Of a stretch of DNA of 37,218 nucleotides, positions 17,714-28,091 are shown one piece after another. The position numbers and the translations under genes were made by a program. Every line of letters starts with the position of its first letter. Position 1 is the first letter of the stretch. The notes beneath the pieces are model-generated. The model was not told the DNA's origin. It searched no databases and worked only from the letters and a program-made list of their open reading frames with translations. This DNA comes from a virus (Duplodnaviria > Caudoviricetes), in the IMG/VR virus record IMGVR_UViG_3300025018_000300, positions 1-37,218 of that record, one strand, 5' to 3'.

Positions 17714-19768
17714 TTATGGTCTTCCCATTCGGTTGAACGTGACAGCCATTCGCCCCAATATGTCAGGTCCCTTGTTATCTTGTGTGGTAATGCGCCATCT
17801 AAATGCCGTTCCTCGCGCTCGTAATGGTATCTTTGGATTGAATATTCTACTGCCACCTATCTTGCTGGTACCAATAGTGAAAAACCCAATAGGTGCGCCC
17901 TCTGGTAATGCGCTTACTATAACACTATCTAAACTGGTTTGATCCCAATCGCCTTCACAGGTTATTTCATAACTAATTTCATCGCCAGTTTCGAAATACG
18001 GTTCAATAAACTTGGTACTCTTCAAATTCTGTGTTCTACCAGAATCCAAATGATTCCATCCAGTTTGATAATCTGTTAGATAAATATCGCCATTGTCATC
18101 ATAAGTGCCAGTTTCAAAACGGCTAACAACACCATTACTGCCACCTGTCCACAAGTCACCATCCTGCATAACACAGAAAGTAAACTGGTTTGAAAAGCCT
18201 CCTTCAAACTTAAACCAACTGGGTATAATTTTATCTCTTGTTGAATTTCTCGCAAGAGTGATAGGAGCAAAGTTCCAGATATAAAGTTCACTGCCTATCT
18301 TCGCAATCAACCAATTACGGCGGCTGTATTGAATAAGTTGTAGTTCATCTTCTGGTGTAGCACGGATAATGTCTCTGAGTGTTTCGTTTATGCTTTCACT
18401 GATGGATTTTTGAACTATCGCTTGCGCATCTGTAGCACTCCAAAGTTGAATACCGCTATCAGCAATCCAAGCCACATCATTACCCAAGTTAATCAAACTA
18501 TTTTTACTACGAATACCCTGTGGTAGAACTGTTATTGGTGAAAAGTCTGCTCCATCACCAAATGGCTGACTGCCTTGAAAAGCGAACAAGTTCTTACTGC
18601 CACCCAACATTAAAAAGCTTTGAAAGCTAACAATGCTCTTTAGTGTTTCACCTTCTGAGTTCAAGCTACCTGCGTTATAAATATTACCTCTTACGGTACC
18701 ACCAAATTCCGTTAAGTCCAAACTTGCGCTGTCGGTAGTAAAATCTTGTGGATTATTGCTTCCTGATATTCTCAGCTTCTTTCTATCTCTGCTGTCGATC
18801 GCATATAATCTACCAAAATGAACAGCCGCGTTATAGATAAGTGGTGTTGCGAATTTAAGGAATGCCAAGCTGTCGCCATTTGTTTGACCACTCACTACCT
18901 GAGTAAATAATGTTGCGCCACTGATGTTGATAACATAACTTCCTGTTCCTCTGGTTGTGTTGTATATAATATCATTAACACGCAACCCTTTTGAATACCA
19001 ATCAGTTACGCCACTTACTTTTATCTCGTTGTTGGTTGCAGAAGTAGCAGTTGCGATATTATCTTTAAAAAGGCCACCGGGTGTGTCAAAGATATTAAGT
19101 TCAATAGTGTCATATATTTCGTAACGGGTTCCTGCTCTTGAGCCTGTTGTTCCACCAGCAAACCCAAAGTTTGTTCTGTCTAATCGTGTATGTGTGATTG
19201 TGGCTGCTGATATACTGGTTATTAATGCTGTTTGATTGGTTGATGGAAAAAACACTATGTCATTTTCACTAACATCAGTCTGCAAATTCCAACTGCTTAC
19301 TTCACTATCTATGAAAGTGTTGAATGTAGCACTTGCAACCGTTCCTACTTCAACAAGCGGCCTTAATATCTTGAAACTGCTACCGTTGTCAGTCCATACA
19401 TTCAAGTCCTCGCCGTTGAAGAATATAAGCTTTTCTTCCATCTGAATACTTTTAATGCGTTCTGTCTTGTTTGAAAACGCATATACTTCTGTCCAAGCAC
19501 TCACATCATAACGCCATATAGCGCCGGCGCCACTTGCGAATTTAATGCTGGTCCCCAACTCATTAACAAATTCGTGTAGTCCGGTTATGTTAGGTGCTGA
19601 ACTAACAACCACACCCACGCTTTCAATTCCTTCACGCTTTTCTGCGTCTCCGGAACCGTTTACGAAGCGGTTTGTAAATGCTGTAGCGTAGTCAGATGGT
19701 GTTTCTGCTTCACTAAAGCTGGTGCTTAGTCCTCTGGCTGCGATGGGCAATATTCTTGTTTCTGGCAT
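17714..19768 (-). CDS. tail nozzle / DNA-stabilisation protein (tubular B / P22 gp10-like)
   Basis: Beta-propeller-like composition (HFGRLY, RISGSNNPQDF) and position after the adaptor. Start moved to ATG 19768 (TAATG overlap). Confidence 0.75.
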   Translation of the reverse strand: MPETRILPIAARGLSTSFSEAETPSDYATAFTNRFVNGSGDAEKREGIESVGVVVSSAPNITGLHEFVNELGTSIKFASGAGAIWRYDVSAWTEVYAFSNKTERIKSIQMEEKLIFFNGEDLNVWTDNGSSFKILRPLVEVGTVASATFNTFIDSEVSSWNLQTDVSENDIVFFPSTNQTALITSISAATITHTRLDRTNFGFAGGTTGSRAGTRYEIYDTIELNIFDTPGGLFKDNIATATSATNNEIKVSGVTDWYSKGLRVNDIIYNTTRGTGSYVINISGATLFTQVVSGQTNGDSLAFLKFATPLIYNAAVHFGRLYAIDSRDRKKLRISGSNNPQDFTTDSASLDLTEFGGTVRGNIYNAGSLNSEGETLKSIVSFQSFLMLGGSKNLFAFQGSQPFGDGADFSPITVLPQGIRSKNSLINLGNDVAWIADSGIQLWSATDAQAIVQKSISESINETLRDIIRATPEDELQLIQYSRRNWLIAKIGSELYIWNFAPITLARNSTRDKIIPSWFKFEGGFSNQFTFCVMQDGDLWTGGSNGVVSRFETGTYDDNGDIYLTDYQTGWNHLDSGRTQNLKSTKFIEPYFETGDEISYEITCEGDWDQTSLDSVIVSALPEGAPIGFFTIGTSKIGGSRIFNPKIPLRARGTAFRWRITTQDNKGPDILGRMAVTFNRMGRP

Positions 19769-20475
19769 TATCCACGTCCTAACCAACCACCTGCGGGAAC
19801 AAATCTCACACTTGTTCCGCTGTCGTTTGTAAATCTATTATGTGCTTCTCGTTTGGCATTCATATATTCTTCCATAGCAGCACGAATTGGTGCGGATTGC
19901 TCACCGTCGTTTTGTTCAAGTAGTGCTTTGTAATACAACCCTCTAATCAATAAGTTTGCTGGAAAGTCAGGTAGATAATCACCATCGTCTGTGGTTAGAT
20001 TAGGTGTTTTGGCATAATAGAACATAATGAATATGTCTGAACTTGCTACACTTTGTGGCTTTGGGTATATTCTAATCTGTGGGTTATTTTGTGTATCAAC
20101 GCCCCATACACTCCAAAAGCTGGGCTTGCCTTGCGTATTGGTACGAAGCATTAAATAATTCATTTCCTGCTTTTTGACTTGCTTTAATGGTCCTCTGTAA
20201 TCATTATAAAATATCTGATGTACACGCTTTATGGGGTCTGGTGTTGAAAAGGTATAAAGGTCTTGTCCCACGACTGGTGTAGCGTCAACTCGTTCGTATC
20301 GTTCTTCCCAATCACCATAATCATCACAGTCTGTGATAACTTCGTTCAAGAGTTGTAATAATACTCTGCTGTATGAGTTTTGATCAATACTGTCAACGCT
20401 GGTAGTACCCATTTTGTTGAGCACTGAGTTTATAATGTCTTTGGCTGTACTTCGTGTATCAAGTGCGGAACTCAT
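19768..20475 (-). CDS. head-tail adaptor (tail tubular A-like)
   Basis: IINSVLNKMG...LLNEV, GKPSFW and IRIYPKP pattern; size and position fit. Confidence 0.75.
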   Translation of the reverse strand: MSSALDTRSTAKDIINSVLNKMGTTSVDSIDQNSYSRVLLQLLNEVITDCDDYGDWEERYERVDATPVVGQDLYTFSTPDPIKRVHQIFYNDYRGPLKQVKKQEMNYLMLRTNTQGKPSFWSVWGVDTQNNPQIRIYPKPQSVASSDIFIMFYYAKTPNLTTDDGDYLPDFPANLLIRGLYYKALLEQNDGEQSAPIRAAMEEYMNAKREAHNRFTNDSGTSVRFVPAGGWLGRG

Positions 20476-21179
20476 TATAATCTCCTAAATACAACATTGG
20501 TAATCTGATTGGTATATGTAAGAGTAGTAGTGTTTTGGCTGTCTAATACAACTTTTACTTCTCCACTTGTGGGCAATTCAACTAATATATTTGATTGATA
20601 AGCTGTTTGTGTGGCTGCGAGTGCGCTAACATATCCAGTTTCTATCTTTCTATCCACGCCATTGATGCTGAAATGTATTCGTGTACTTTCAGCGGATGAA
20701 AGTGTTCCAGTTGAAATAACAGTAGCCATAAACACTGCGCTGGTTCCCAAGTAAGTTATTGAGTTGCCACTGGTCTTAAAGCCAGTTGATAGGGCTGTTG
20801 TGAACACGCCACTTAATGCCGCTGACGTTGTGGCTGTTAAACTTATCGTTCCGCCTGTCATAATAAACTGTCCGTATGCGTGATTTGTAATCACTTGATC
20901 TGCATACACATTTTGAGCAGAAATCGTAGTTATATTCGCATTTGTAGCACTTAATGTTGTGATGTTGGCAGTGGTAGTATTCAAGTTTGTTGGTGTAAAA
21001 GTAGTAGTATTCAAACTGGTGAAAGTGCCTGTTGGCGCAGTGATCGCACCAGCTAATGATTGTGTAGCTGTATCTTGTAAGTTAAGTGCGCTGTCTATTA
21101 AATCTGCAAAATCTGTTCCAGAAGGCTTGTCGCCTTGTCCAAATTTGGTTTTTAATATTGCTCTGGTCGTACTTGTCAT
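20475..21179 (-). CDS. short tail fibre-like protein
   Basis: LKTKFGQGDKPSGTDFADLIDS N-terminal fibre motif, Thr/Asn-rich shaft, beta-rich C-terminal domain. Confidence 0.6.
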   Translation of the reverse strand: MTSTTRAILKTKFGQGDKPSGTDFADLIDSALNLQDTATQSLAGAITAPTGTFTSLNTTTFTPTNLNTTTANITTLSATNANITTISAQNVYADQVITNHAYGQFIMTGGTISLTATTSAALSGVFTTALSTGFKTSGNSITYLGTSAVFMATVISTGTLSSAESTRIHFSINGVDRKIETGYVSALAATQTAYQSNILVELPTSGEVKVVLDSQNTTTLTYTNQITNVVFRRL

Positions 21180-21457
21180 TATCTGTTCTCCACGGCTATG
21201 TAAATGGTTTTGTCATCTCTTCGCCCCGCAGTAGTCCAGATACGGCTTGTAATCGGGTATGTAGTATTTATAGTTCCGCCCCCTAACCAAAATGTATGGT
21301 CGGTTGATGTATAGCTTTCGCTTAAAATACTTATTCCTGATGTAGCGATTGCTTGTGCTGAAACGATTGTATCACCACCAAGAGCAGTTAAATATGTTGC
21401 CCAGTTCACGCGATAATCCAATATGGCGTCACTGTCCTTTCTAAATCTTGTTGTCAT
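21179..21457 (-). CDS. small Ig-like virion/fibre adaptor protein
   Basis: KDSDAILDYRVNW..YL...DTI...WLGGG...GRRD pattern typical of a small phage structural family. Confidence 0.6.
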   Translation of the reverse strand: MTTRFRKDSDAILDYRVNWATYLTALGGDTIVSAQAIATSGISILSESYTSTDHTFWLGGGTINTTYPITSRIWTTAGRRDDKTIYIAVENR

Positions 21458-21458
21458 A

Positions 21459-23084
21459 TTAATAATGCCTTATGTTATAATGAATATCCACGTCTGCTGT
21501 TGTGCTGGCTGCTGATGCGCAGTTATGCACCCAAAAATCAAATACGCAGGGACTTGGTGCAGCATTACCGGTCAAACCAGTTATGTTAACACTTCTTCCC
21601 GAAACATCAGCAATAAACCCACCATTTACTGTTATATCTCTAATTAAGCTGGTTGAGCTACCGATAATAGCATAAACGTCTCCACCGATAGAAGCGCCGT
21701 TTATCTGATTGAAATGCACATCTAATGAATCTCTGTATTCGTGGAAGAAAGCAACCATATGACTACTTGTATTGCGTATATGACCACCAGCAATATTAAC
21801 GTTCCTTACGCCGTCTAAATACATTCCGTAGAAACAGGAAGAAGCCCCGCTTAGTGTTGCGACGAATATATTGCCAACATTCAACCCGGTCACATTTTCA
21901 ACACGTAATCCATCTTCGTTTGGTCCGGGTGTACTTTGCCAAGCAGCATCAAAAACGCTAAGGGAATTAATTGTGATATTTTGGTGGGGAATAACATTAG
22001 CTTTGATCTTAAAGCCACATTGTCCAGTTCTGATTGTTTCAACTGAGTTGAAGTTTAGGTTTCTTGAGTTGAGTGCGGAGCCACCACCAATATATATACC
22101 GTGTTCGCCTTGATCGGCTATTCGCAATACATTGAAACTGCATTCTGCGCAGTCTTCAACCAATAAGCCATCCTCACCCGGGTTAGCGGAAGTAAGAATA
22201 CTTTTGCCGGTGGTTATTAGGGTTTCAATTGAACTGTTATTTACTTCTCTAAAAAAGATGGAATTTAGACATTTCTCTGTTTGAATATATCCAAGACGGA
22301 CTGCGCTCACTTGATAAGCGATAAGTGCTCTTGCAAAATTGCGTGCATAAATATCGTTGATACAAACATTACTACCTCGTATCTGTATAAAGCCGTCTAA
22401 GTTGCTGTCGCCTGTTAATGGGCGCTCAGCATTGGCAATTACACTTAATGAATTAATTGTGGTATTATCACTTATAATAAGACCTCTATCTAATGAAGAA
22501 ACCTGCGCAGACACTACAATTGATAAGCGATCAATATACAAGCCTGATACAAGTGCGATCGCCGCCGTAGATGTTCCAAAGTTAGTTGTTATTTTGAATG
22601 TTGTATTTGATACATATGGCGCAATTGCTGCGCTGATAGTATATACCGTTCCGCTAACTCGTACTGTTTCAGGAATTGAAATGTTTGGTGCGTATGCTAA
22701 ATTTGCCGATGTTTGAGTGATGAACGCACTTGCTGATATAACTGTTAAATATGCACTTAGCGCACTAACTCTGGCTATTGTGTTATCAACAAAGGTTACG
22801 CCGCCACTTGTTTCAATACCATTGCCAAATCCCACACCTGATATTATGGCTGTATTTATTAGACCAATAGCACTTGCTTCTGTGATAAATGTAGTTCTTG
22901 CACTGGATTTTGTTATTTTGTCGGTTGTATCATCAAGCCTGGCGAGTGGATAACCACCAATAGTTTGACCATCGTGTACAACGGCTGTTTTTCTGCTGGT
23001 ATCAATGGTAAGTTCTGCACTTGCCCCTACGAATAGAGAATGTGCTGATGTGCTTCCACTTCTAAATTTTACTGTTGTTGCCAT
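21459..23084 (-). CDS. tailspike 3: Mtd_N domain plus right-handed beta-helix
   Basis: VKFRSG....FVGASAELTIDT...VVHDG.TIGGYPL, followed by beta-helix repeats (EDGL, EHGIYI). Confidence 0.8.
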   Translation of the reverse strand: MATTVKFRSGSTSAHSLFVGASAELTIDTSRKTAVVHDGQTIGGYPLARLDDTTDKITKSSARTTFITEASAIGLINTAIISGVGFGNGIETSGGVTFVDNTIARVSALSAYLTVISASAFITQTSANLAYAPNISIPETVRVSGTVYTISAAIAPYVSNTTFKITTNFGTSTAAIALVSGLYIDRLSIVVSAQVSSLDRGLIISDNTTINSLSVIANAERPLTGDSNLDGFIQIRGSNVCINDIYARNFARALIAYQVSAVRLGYIQTEKCLNSIFFREVNNSSIETLITTGKSILTSANPGEDGLLVEDCAECSFNVLRIADQGEHGIYIGGGSALNSRNLNFNSVETIRTGQCGFKIKANVIPHQNITINSLSVFDAAWQSTPGPNEDGLRVENVTGLNVGNIFVATLSGASSCFYGMYLDGVRNVNIAGGHIRNTSSHMVAFFHEYRDSLDVHFNQINGASIGGDVYAIIGSSTSLIRDITVNGGFIADVSGRSVNITGLTGNAAPSPCVFDFWVHNCASAASTTADVDIHYNIRHY

Positions 23085-23092
23085 TGTTCTCC

Positions 23093-24733
23093 TTAAGCCG
23101 AATAATTATTTACGCCGCCAATTACAGCGACGGCACTTGTTGTTAAAATATTGTTTGCCGGAACTTCATATTGAGTGTCAGCAGAAATAACCATATTATT
23201 AGTTAAAAACACTCTTGTTGCGCCGCCACTTCCTTGTAGAACACGAATGCCTCTTTCGTCACTGCTGGCATTAGTTGGGGAACTAAAATCCACGCAATTG
23301 TTGCTAACAAATCCATAAATTGAATTTATGCCGGTAGTTGTTAAAAGAATACCGTGTGCTGTAGATGCCGGAATGGTACCATAGGCCAAACAAAAGTTAT
23401 CCGTAACAAATACTCGTTTCCAACCTTCAACGTGGATACCGGATATTCTAAAATTACAATGATTTTCCGTAATCATTAATTGATCGCTTTGGTTATCTGA
23501 ATTTTGCGCAAGTATACCATAGTTGACCGCAATAATATTATTACCTCTTAAATGTACACCTTGATAATCACTGGTTGTTAAGCCAACATTTGCGGGAAGA
23601 ATACGAATACCATAATTGTAATGGGAAATATTGCAGTCCGTAATATGCATATGAACTGGTGCGGCACTACCAACAGCAGCCAATTCAATACCTATTCCGG
23701 TGTAGTTGCCCCAATAGCCAAATACGTCGCAATTGCTGATTGTTCCATTTCTCACATTCGATAAACGTATTCCTATATTAAAGTAATGTGCTGTTGAGAT
23801 TGGTTTTACAGCTATATTGTCAAATCTTATTGCGGGTTCTGAACTGCCAATGCCGGGTTGACCGCTAATTTTAATACCAGTGCCCGCTGCGTATGCGCCA
23901 TTACTTACAACTGCAAAGTCTCTGAAAACAACATCTTGATTAAATTGACCAATTGGCGCAGATGCATCTGAAAGTTTTATGTCTAATCCAACATCAGAAT
24001 GCGTAATATAAAATCCGCTCTGTTGTTTTCCGCCGCCATACACCGCTAAACTGCGTCTTGCTGAGTTTAGGGTTATAGCGATTGGGCTGGTTGTTCTATA
24101 AAAGCTATTTAAGAAAACTATCTTGCCACTATCAAAGGCCGCTTGAACAGCAGCAGTGTCATCTGTAATTATGTCGCCGACGGCGCCATAAAATTCTGGT
24201 GTAATAAAATTATTACCAATACTATTTGGCGTATAAGCCAAATCTGCTGATGTTTGGGTGATGTATGCCGCTAATGTGCTTACTCTGGCTATTGAGTTAT
24301 TAACCGTTGTTCTACCTGAAACGAATGTTATACCATCCCCGGCATTTACCGCCACTTGACCTGATACAACGGTTAAGCCATCCCCGGCATTTACCGCCAC
24401 TTGACCTGAAACGAATGTTATGCCGTCACCGGCATTTACCGCCACTTGACCTGAAACGAATGTTATGCCGTCACCAGCGTTAATGCCTGCGAAAGCAGCT
24501 TCATCTATTAGGCTTTGAGTAGAGGCTGGTGTTATATAGATAGAAGCAGCACTTTCTTTTGAAAGCAGTATATCAATATCTTCTTCTAATGCGAGAGGAT
24601 AACCACCAACGGTAATACCATCGTGTACTCTGACAGTCTTTTTGCCAAGATCAACGGTTAGTTCGCCTTCTGTCCCTTTGAATGATTGGTTTTGTGCTGT
24701 TGTTCCTCTGCGGAATTTAACTTGTGTTGTCAT
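23093..24733 (-). CDS. tailspike 2: Mtd_N, beta-spiral repeats and pectate-lyase-like beta-helix
   Basis: QVKFRRG...GEL..D....RVHDG; YGAVGD..TDDTAAVQAA. Confidence 0.85.
   Translation of the reverse strand: MTTQVKFRRGTTAQNQSFKGTEGELTVDLGKKTVRVHDGITVGGYPLALEEDIDILLSKESAASIYITPASTQSLIDEAAFAGINAGDGITFVSGQVAVNAGDGITFVSGQVAVNAGDGLTVVSGQVAVNAGDGITFVSGRTTVNNSIARVSTLAAYITQTSADLAYTPNSIGNNFITPEFYGAVGDIITDDTAAVQAAFDSGKIVFLNSFYRTTSPIAITLNSARRSLAVYGGGKQQSGFYITHSDVGLDIKLSDASAPIGQFNQDVVFRDFAVVSNGAYAAGTGIKISGQPGIGSSEPAIRFDNIAVKPISTAHYFNIGIRLSNVRNGTISNCDVFGYWGNYTGIGIELAAVGSAAPVHMHITDCNISHYNYGIRILPANVGLTTSDYQGVHLRGNNIIAVNYGILAQNSDNQSDQLMITENHCNFRISGIHVEGWKRVFVTDNFCLAYGTIPASTAHGILLTTTGINSIYGFVSNNCVDFSSPTNASSDERGIRVLQGSGGATRVFLTNNMVISADTQYEVPANNILTTSAVAVIGGVNNYSA
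24314..24481. repeat. four tandem 45-bp repeats (NAGDGITFVSGQVAV)
   Basis: Visible in both DNA and protein of tailspike 2. Confidence 0.9.
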
Positions 24734-24742
24734 ATCACTCCT

Positions 24743-26233
24743 TTAAGAAATATTGTTCGCCGCTATCTTGTTGGGTCCAGATCCACCATCGCTAAAGGCG
24801 GCAATTAAAAATCCACGCAGGTCGTTGCCTGTTAATATATAATTGTTGGAGTCTCCATTATTTATAAGTAGGTTATAGCCTTGTGTAGCAGGGAAGCCAT
24901 TACCGCTTCCAATTCTACAGCCTTGAATACTCATCCCGCTTACCCCTGGTGCAAACTCAACTCCGTGGTAAATACCAAATGATTCCCGACTATTTCCGGT
25001 TATTTCACCATCGTGGAATCTAAAGTTTGTACCCTTAAGTACGCTAACGCCTGCTCGACCATTATTAAATGAGCGATGTTGGCTAAAACGTAATCCATCA
25101 ACAGAACCAGCAGAGTAGTTTACATATATACCTTCTAAGTCAAAGCTGGATGTCCAGCATTGGGTGAAGGAACAGCCTTTGACAGTACCCCCGAGCGGCT
25201 CAACGACTAATCCTCTACCTAACCCACTATCCCAAGCGCAGTTTGTAACGAATAACCATTCAATACTGTTTCCACTGACCGGTTGCAAGGCCATTCCATT
25301 GGTTCCAAGCAAGCAACCAACGTTGTCAACCCAAGTAGCGCCAGTATTTCGTATTAGGAAGCCCACACCGTACTTGTCTAAAGGTGTGCCAGCGATTATA
25401 CCATCTCTAAAATATTGATCGTTACCACCAGATACGATGATACCCATTCCACTGGTTGCGGTTGGAGTTTGAGCTTCGAAGTCTTTAATAGTACCAAGTG
25501 TGCATTGTTTAAAGTGCATCGCAGTATGTGGGCGATCAAAGCTAATGTTGTGTACTAAGAACTTAAATTGGTTTTGGCAGTATAGACTAACACCAGCAGT
25601 TCGTGCGCTTATTGAACTAATTGTCAGGTTGGATATTTGGTTATTGACATATGTTTTTGCCCCATCACCAAGTTCAATTACATTACCAGAATTATAACTG
25701 GTTATAATTTTACTTACGCCACGAGACTCGCCAGTTAGATTAAGGTTGTTGCCTTTATAGGTAAGCTTTTTCGAAATAAAATAGTTGCCATTTGGGATGA
25801 ACAATTGCCCGCCATTGCGAGCACTAACGAATGATAAAGCGGCTTGAATTGCGTCGCTATCATCAGTTGAGTTATCACCTAATGCGCCAAAGTCTTTAAC
25901 ACTAATTATTTCACCTAATTTTTGTGACAGAGATTGGCTCGTTATGCCTCCACTTAAAGTGACTGAATAGGAGCCTAATGCACTTACTCTGGCTATGGTA
26001 TTATCTATAACAATCTGTCCAGAAGTGCTAGTAAGACCATCACCAAAGCTTGCACCACTTACAATGCTTGATGTAACAAAGTCTCTGGTTGCGAGTGCAA
26101 ATCCACCCATTTGTGCAGAATTGTGAACGCGAATAGTATTTAGAGTAGTGTCATAAGTAACTTCACCGATAGCGCCGGTAAATACGGAATGTGCCGAAGC
26201 AGTACCACGCCTAAACTGAATTTGTGTTGCCAT
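24743..26233 (-). CDS. tailspike 1: Mtd_N plus pectate-lyase-like beta-helix
   Basis: QIQFRRG...FTGAIGEVTYD; ISVKDFGALGD..TDDSDAIQAA. Confidence 0.85.
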   Translation of the reverse strand: MATQIQFRRGTASAHSVFTGAIGEVTYDTTLNTIRVHNSAQMGGFALATRDFVTSSIVSGASFGDGLTSTSGQIVIDNTIARVSALGSYSVTLSGGITSQSLSQKLGEIISVKDFGALGDNSTDDSDAIQAALSFVSARNGGQLFIPNGNYFISKKLTYKGNNLNLTGESRGVSKIITSYNSGNVIELGDGAKTYVNNQISNLTISSISARTAGVSLYCQNQFKFLVHNISFDRPHTAMHFKQCTLGTIKDFEAQTPTATSGMGIIVSGGNDQYFRDGIIAGTPLDKYGVGFLIRNTGATWVDNVGCLLGTNGMALQPVSGNSIEWLFVTNCAWDSGLGRGLVVEPLGGTVKGCSFTQCWTSSFDLEGIYVNYSAGSVDGLRFSQHRSFNNGRAGVSVLKGTNFRFHDGEITGNSRESFGIYHGVEFAPGVSGMSIQGCRIGSGNGFPATQGYNLLINNGDSNNYILTGNDLRGFLIAAFSDGGSGPNKIAANNIS

Positions 26234-26802
26234 TATAATGCTCCGTAATCAAATGCTTCATCTACTGTATTATTTATCGTTTCGGTATATATTATGTATT
26301 GAGTGGCGCTTTCAATGCTGCCATAATCGTTGGGGAAGGCAGAAAGAGTAGCACTTACCAAGCCATAATCTTCTGTTTGATCACTTGTATTTAATATGCT
26401 CTGATAATAATATTGTGTGTCTGATGTTTCAGTTATACTGCCATAATCATATCCATTTATAAAAACCGTTAAATCACCAAAGTCATAATAGTAATTTACA
26501 TAATCAGTTAAGTTTAAGAAATCAAAATATAAAATTGGCAATAAAGCGGTATATCCCCAATCTTCTGGCGGAAAGCCATATTCAAATACCTGTGGGTTGT
26601 TTATTAGTTCTGGATGGCTATCTGTTCGCATATAATCAACTACACCATCATATAAATCAAGTGGGTGTTGACCGTCCTCTGTGCCACGCTTTACAACTTG
26701 TCCGTAATAGTCAACAACCGCATCACTCGCGTAGATGGTAAATCCAGTTCTATCGTCTATGACTAAGTTATCTCCTATTCTAATTCTGTTTCGTATTGCC
26801 AT
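26233..26802 (-). CDS. acidic adaptor protein with nine ~13-aa D-[YWF]-G-type repeats
   Basis: N-terminal DDRTGF...HP domain, with repeats running to the C-terminus. TAATG overlap with tailspike 1. Confidence 0.75.
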   Translation of the reverse strand: MAIRNRIRIGDNLVIDDRTGFTIYASDAVVDYYGQVVKRGTEDGQHPLDLYDGVVDYMRTDSHPELINNPQVFEYGFPPEDWGYTALLPILYFDFLNLTDYVNYYYDFGDLTVFINGYDYGSITETSDTQYYYQSILNTSDQTEDYGLVSATLSAFPNDYGSIESATQYIIYTETINNTVDEAFDYGAL

Positions 26803-26861
26803 TATTTCTTACATTTTCCTGTGCAACCACTCTTACTGCATTTTGAACATTTCTTCTTCAT
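26802..26861 (-). CDS. 19-aa Lys/Cys micropeptide MKKKCSKCSKSGCTGKCKK (not in ORF track)
   Basis: Strong SD TAAGGAG, fills the intergenic gap, TAATG overlap with the adaptor gene. Confidence 0.65.
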   Translation of the reverse strand: MKKKCSKCSKSGCTGKCKK

Positions 26862-26870
26862 ATCGTCTCC

Positions 26871-28091
26871 TTATTCTGTGTAAAATATTCTTATGTATAT
26901 TGCGTCCACGTTTGCTATTCTATTAGTTGTACTTGTGTTACCAACTGCGCGAAAATCCAATCCAAAATTATCAGCATTAATTTCAGCAGGTGTCCAAGTG
27001 GTACCCCATAGATCATTGCGTCTTCCGTAAGTGATTGTTCTGTTACCAAAAGCCCAATTTGCCCCCGTAACCGCTTTATTGTCACCAACTGCTGCCCCCC
27101 CTTTGACTAATCGTACAACGTTATCTCTTGCTTGTCCTGTAGTTCCGCCTGATCGATTTCTGACAACAAAAACTTGAATTCCAAATATGGTTGCACTTAC
27201 CGGGATTGAAAAACCAAAATTGCGGGTTTGAAGTGTTTGCTGTGGTATGTTCTTGAACAATGTTTGTGATGATTTAATATTGTTTAAAGTGAACACGTTT
27301 GATGGAGTTGACCACGCATTACCAGTGCCGCTCGAAAGCGCACTTGTGGGTGATGCTGAAATCGCTAATATATCTTTTGCAGTGCCATCGCCTGCATAAA
27401 CAACTATACCAGCGTTGCAGTATGCGGTATTTACTGTCACTGCGTCATAACCAATAGTATATGGGCTTATAGCGGTTGCTAACTCGGATATTGCGATATT
27501 GCTATAGCCGCTTAAGAGGCTTATCGTATTTGTTGATTTAGCAGATATTCCAGTAACATTAGCAAAATAAAAACCTAATATTGCGGCTTGATCGCGTAAA
27601 ACAGAAAGTGTTGTTTCAATTGCAGGATTATCACCCAGTGAACTTACAGACCATTCGGCAGTTGTGATCGCTTGAAGGCTGCTAACATTCACATTGGCTA
27701 TTTCTAAGAATTGTGTATCGTTAATGAAATTGTTCGCCCCGGATTCTAAGAATTGAACTCTCTTTACGTCGCCATCATTGTTGTGATACCAGTATAATCC
27801 AAATGTATCAAAGTTGGTTGTTTGTCTGTAGGCTATTCTATTTATTGCTACGCCACTTATTTGTAACGGGCGCGCAGACACCGCTAATGAAGCATCATTA
27901 TAATGTTCGTGTGCAATGAAAATAACGCTGTCAGTACTGTTTGGTGTCCAGTCGAATGTTTTTGACAAACCGGGAGTATAATTGCGCCAATAGAAGTGTC
28001 CCTTAAAGTCCGGCCCTGAGTATGTTGCACTTGCGGGAGCAGCACTACCGGCATAATATTTCTGAGGATCATATACAGATATAACAAACAT
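26871..28091 (-). CDS. beta-rich virion protein, probable fibre-tip/adhesin
   Basis: Two beta-sandwich-like halves (FGFSIP..ATI.GI.V, TYG...DLWG.TWTPA). Coupled to the upstream fibre gene. Confidence 0.6.
   Translation of the reverse strand: MFVISVYDPQKYYAGSAAPASATYSGPDFKGHFYWRNYTPGLSKTFDWTPNSTDSVIFIAHEHYNDASLAVSARPLQISGVAINRIAYRQTTNFDTFGLYWYHNNDGDVKRVQFLESGANNFINDTQFLEIANVNVSSLQAITTAEWSVSSLGDNPAIETTLSVLRDQAAILGFYFANVTGISAKSTNTISLLSGYSNIAISELATAISPYTIGYDAVTVNTAYCNAGIVVYAGDGTAKDILAISASPTSALSSGTGNAWSTPSNVFTLNNIKSSQTLFKNIPQQTLQTRNFGFSIPVSATIFGIQVFVVRNRSGGTTGQARDNVVRLVKGGAAVGDNKAVTGANWAFGNRTITYGRRNDLWGTTWTPAEINADNFGLDFRAVGNTSTTNRIANVDAIYIRIFYTE

Noticed and set aside
24314-24481. CRISPR-like or non-coding tandem repeat
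   Set aside because: In-frame 45-bp coding repeats without spacers.
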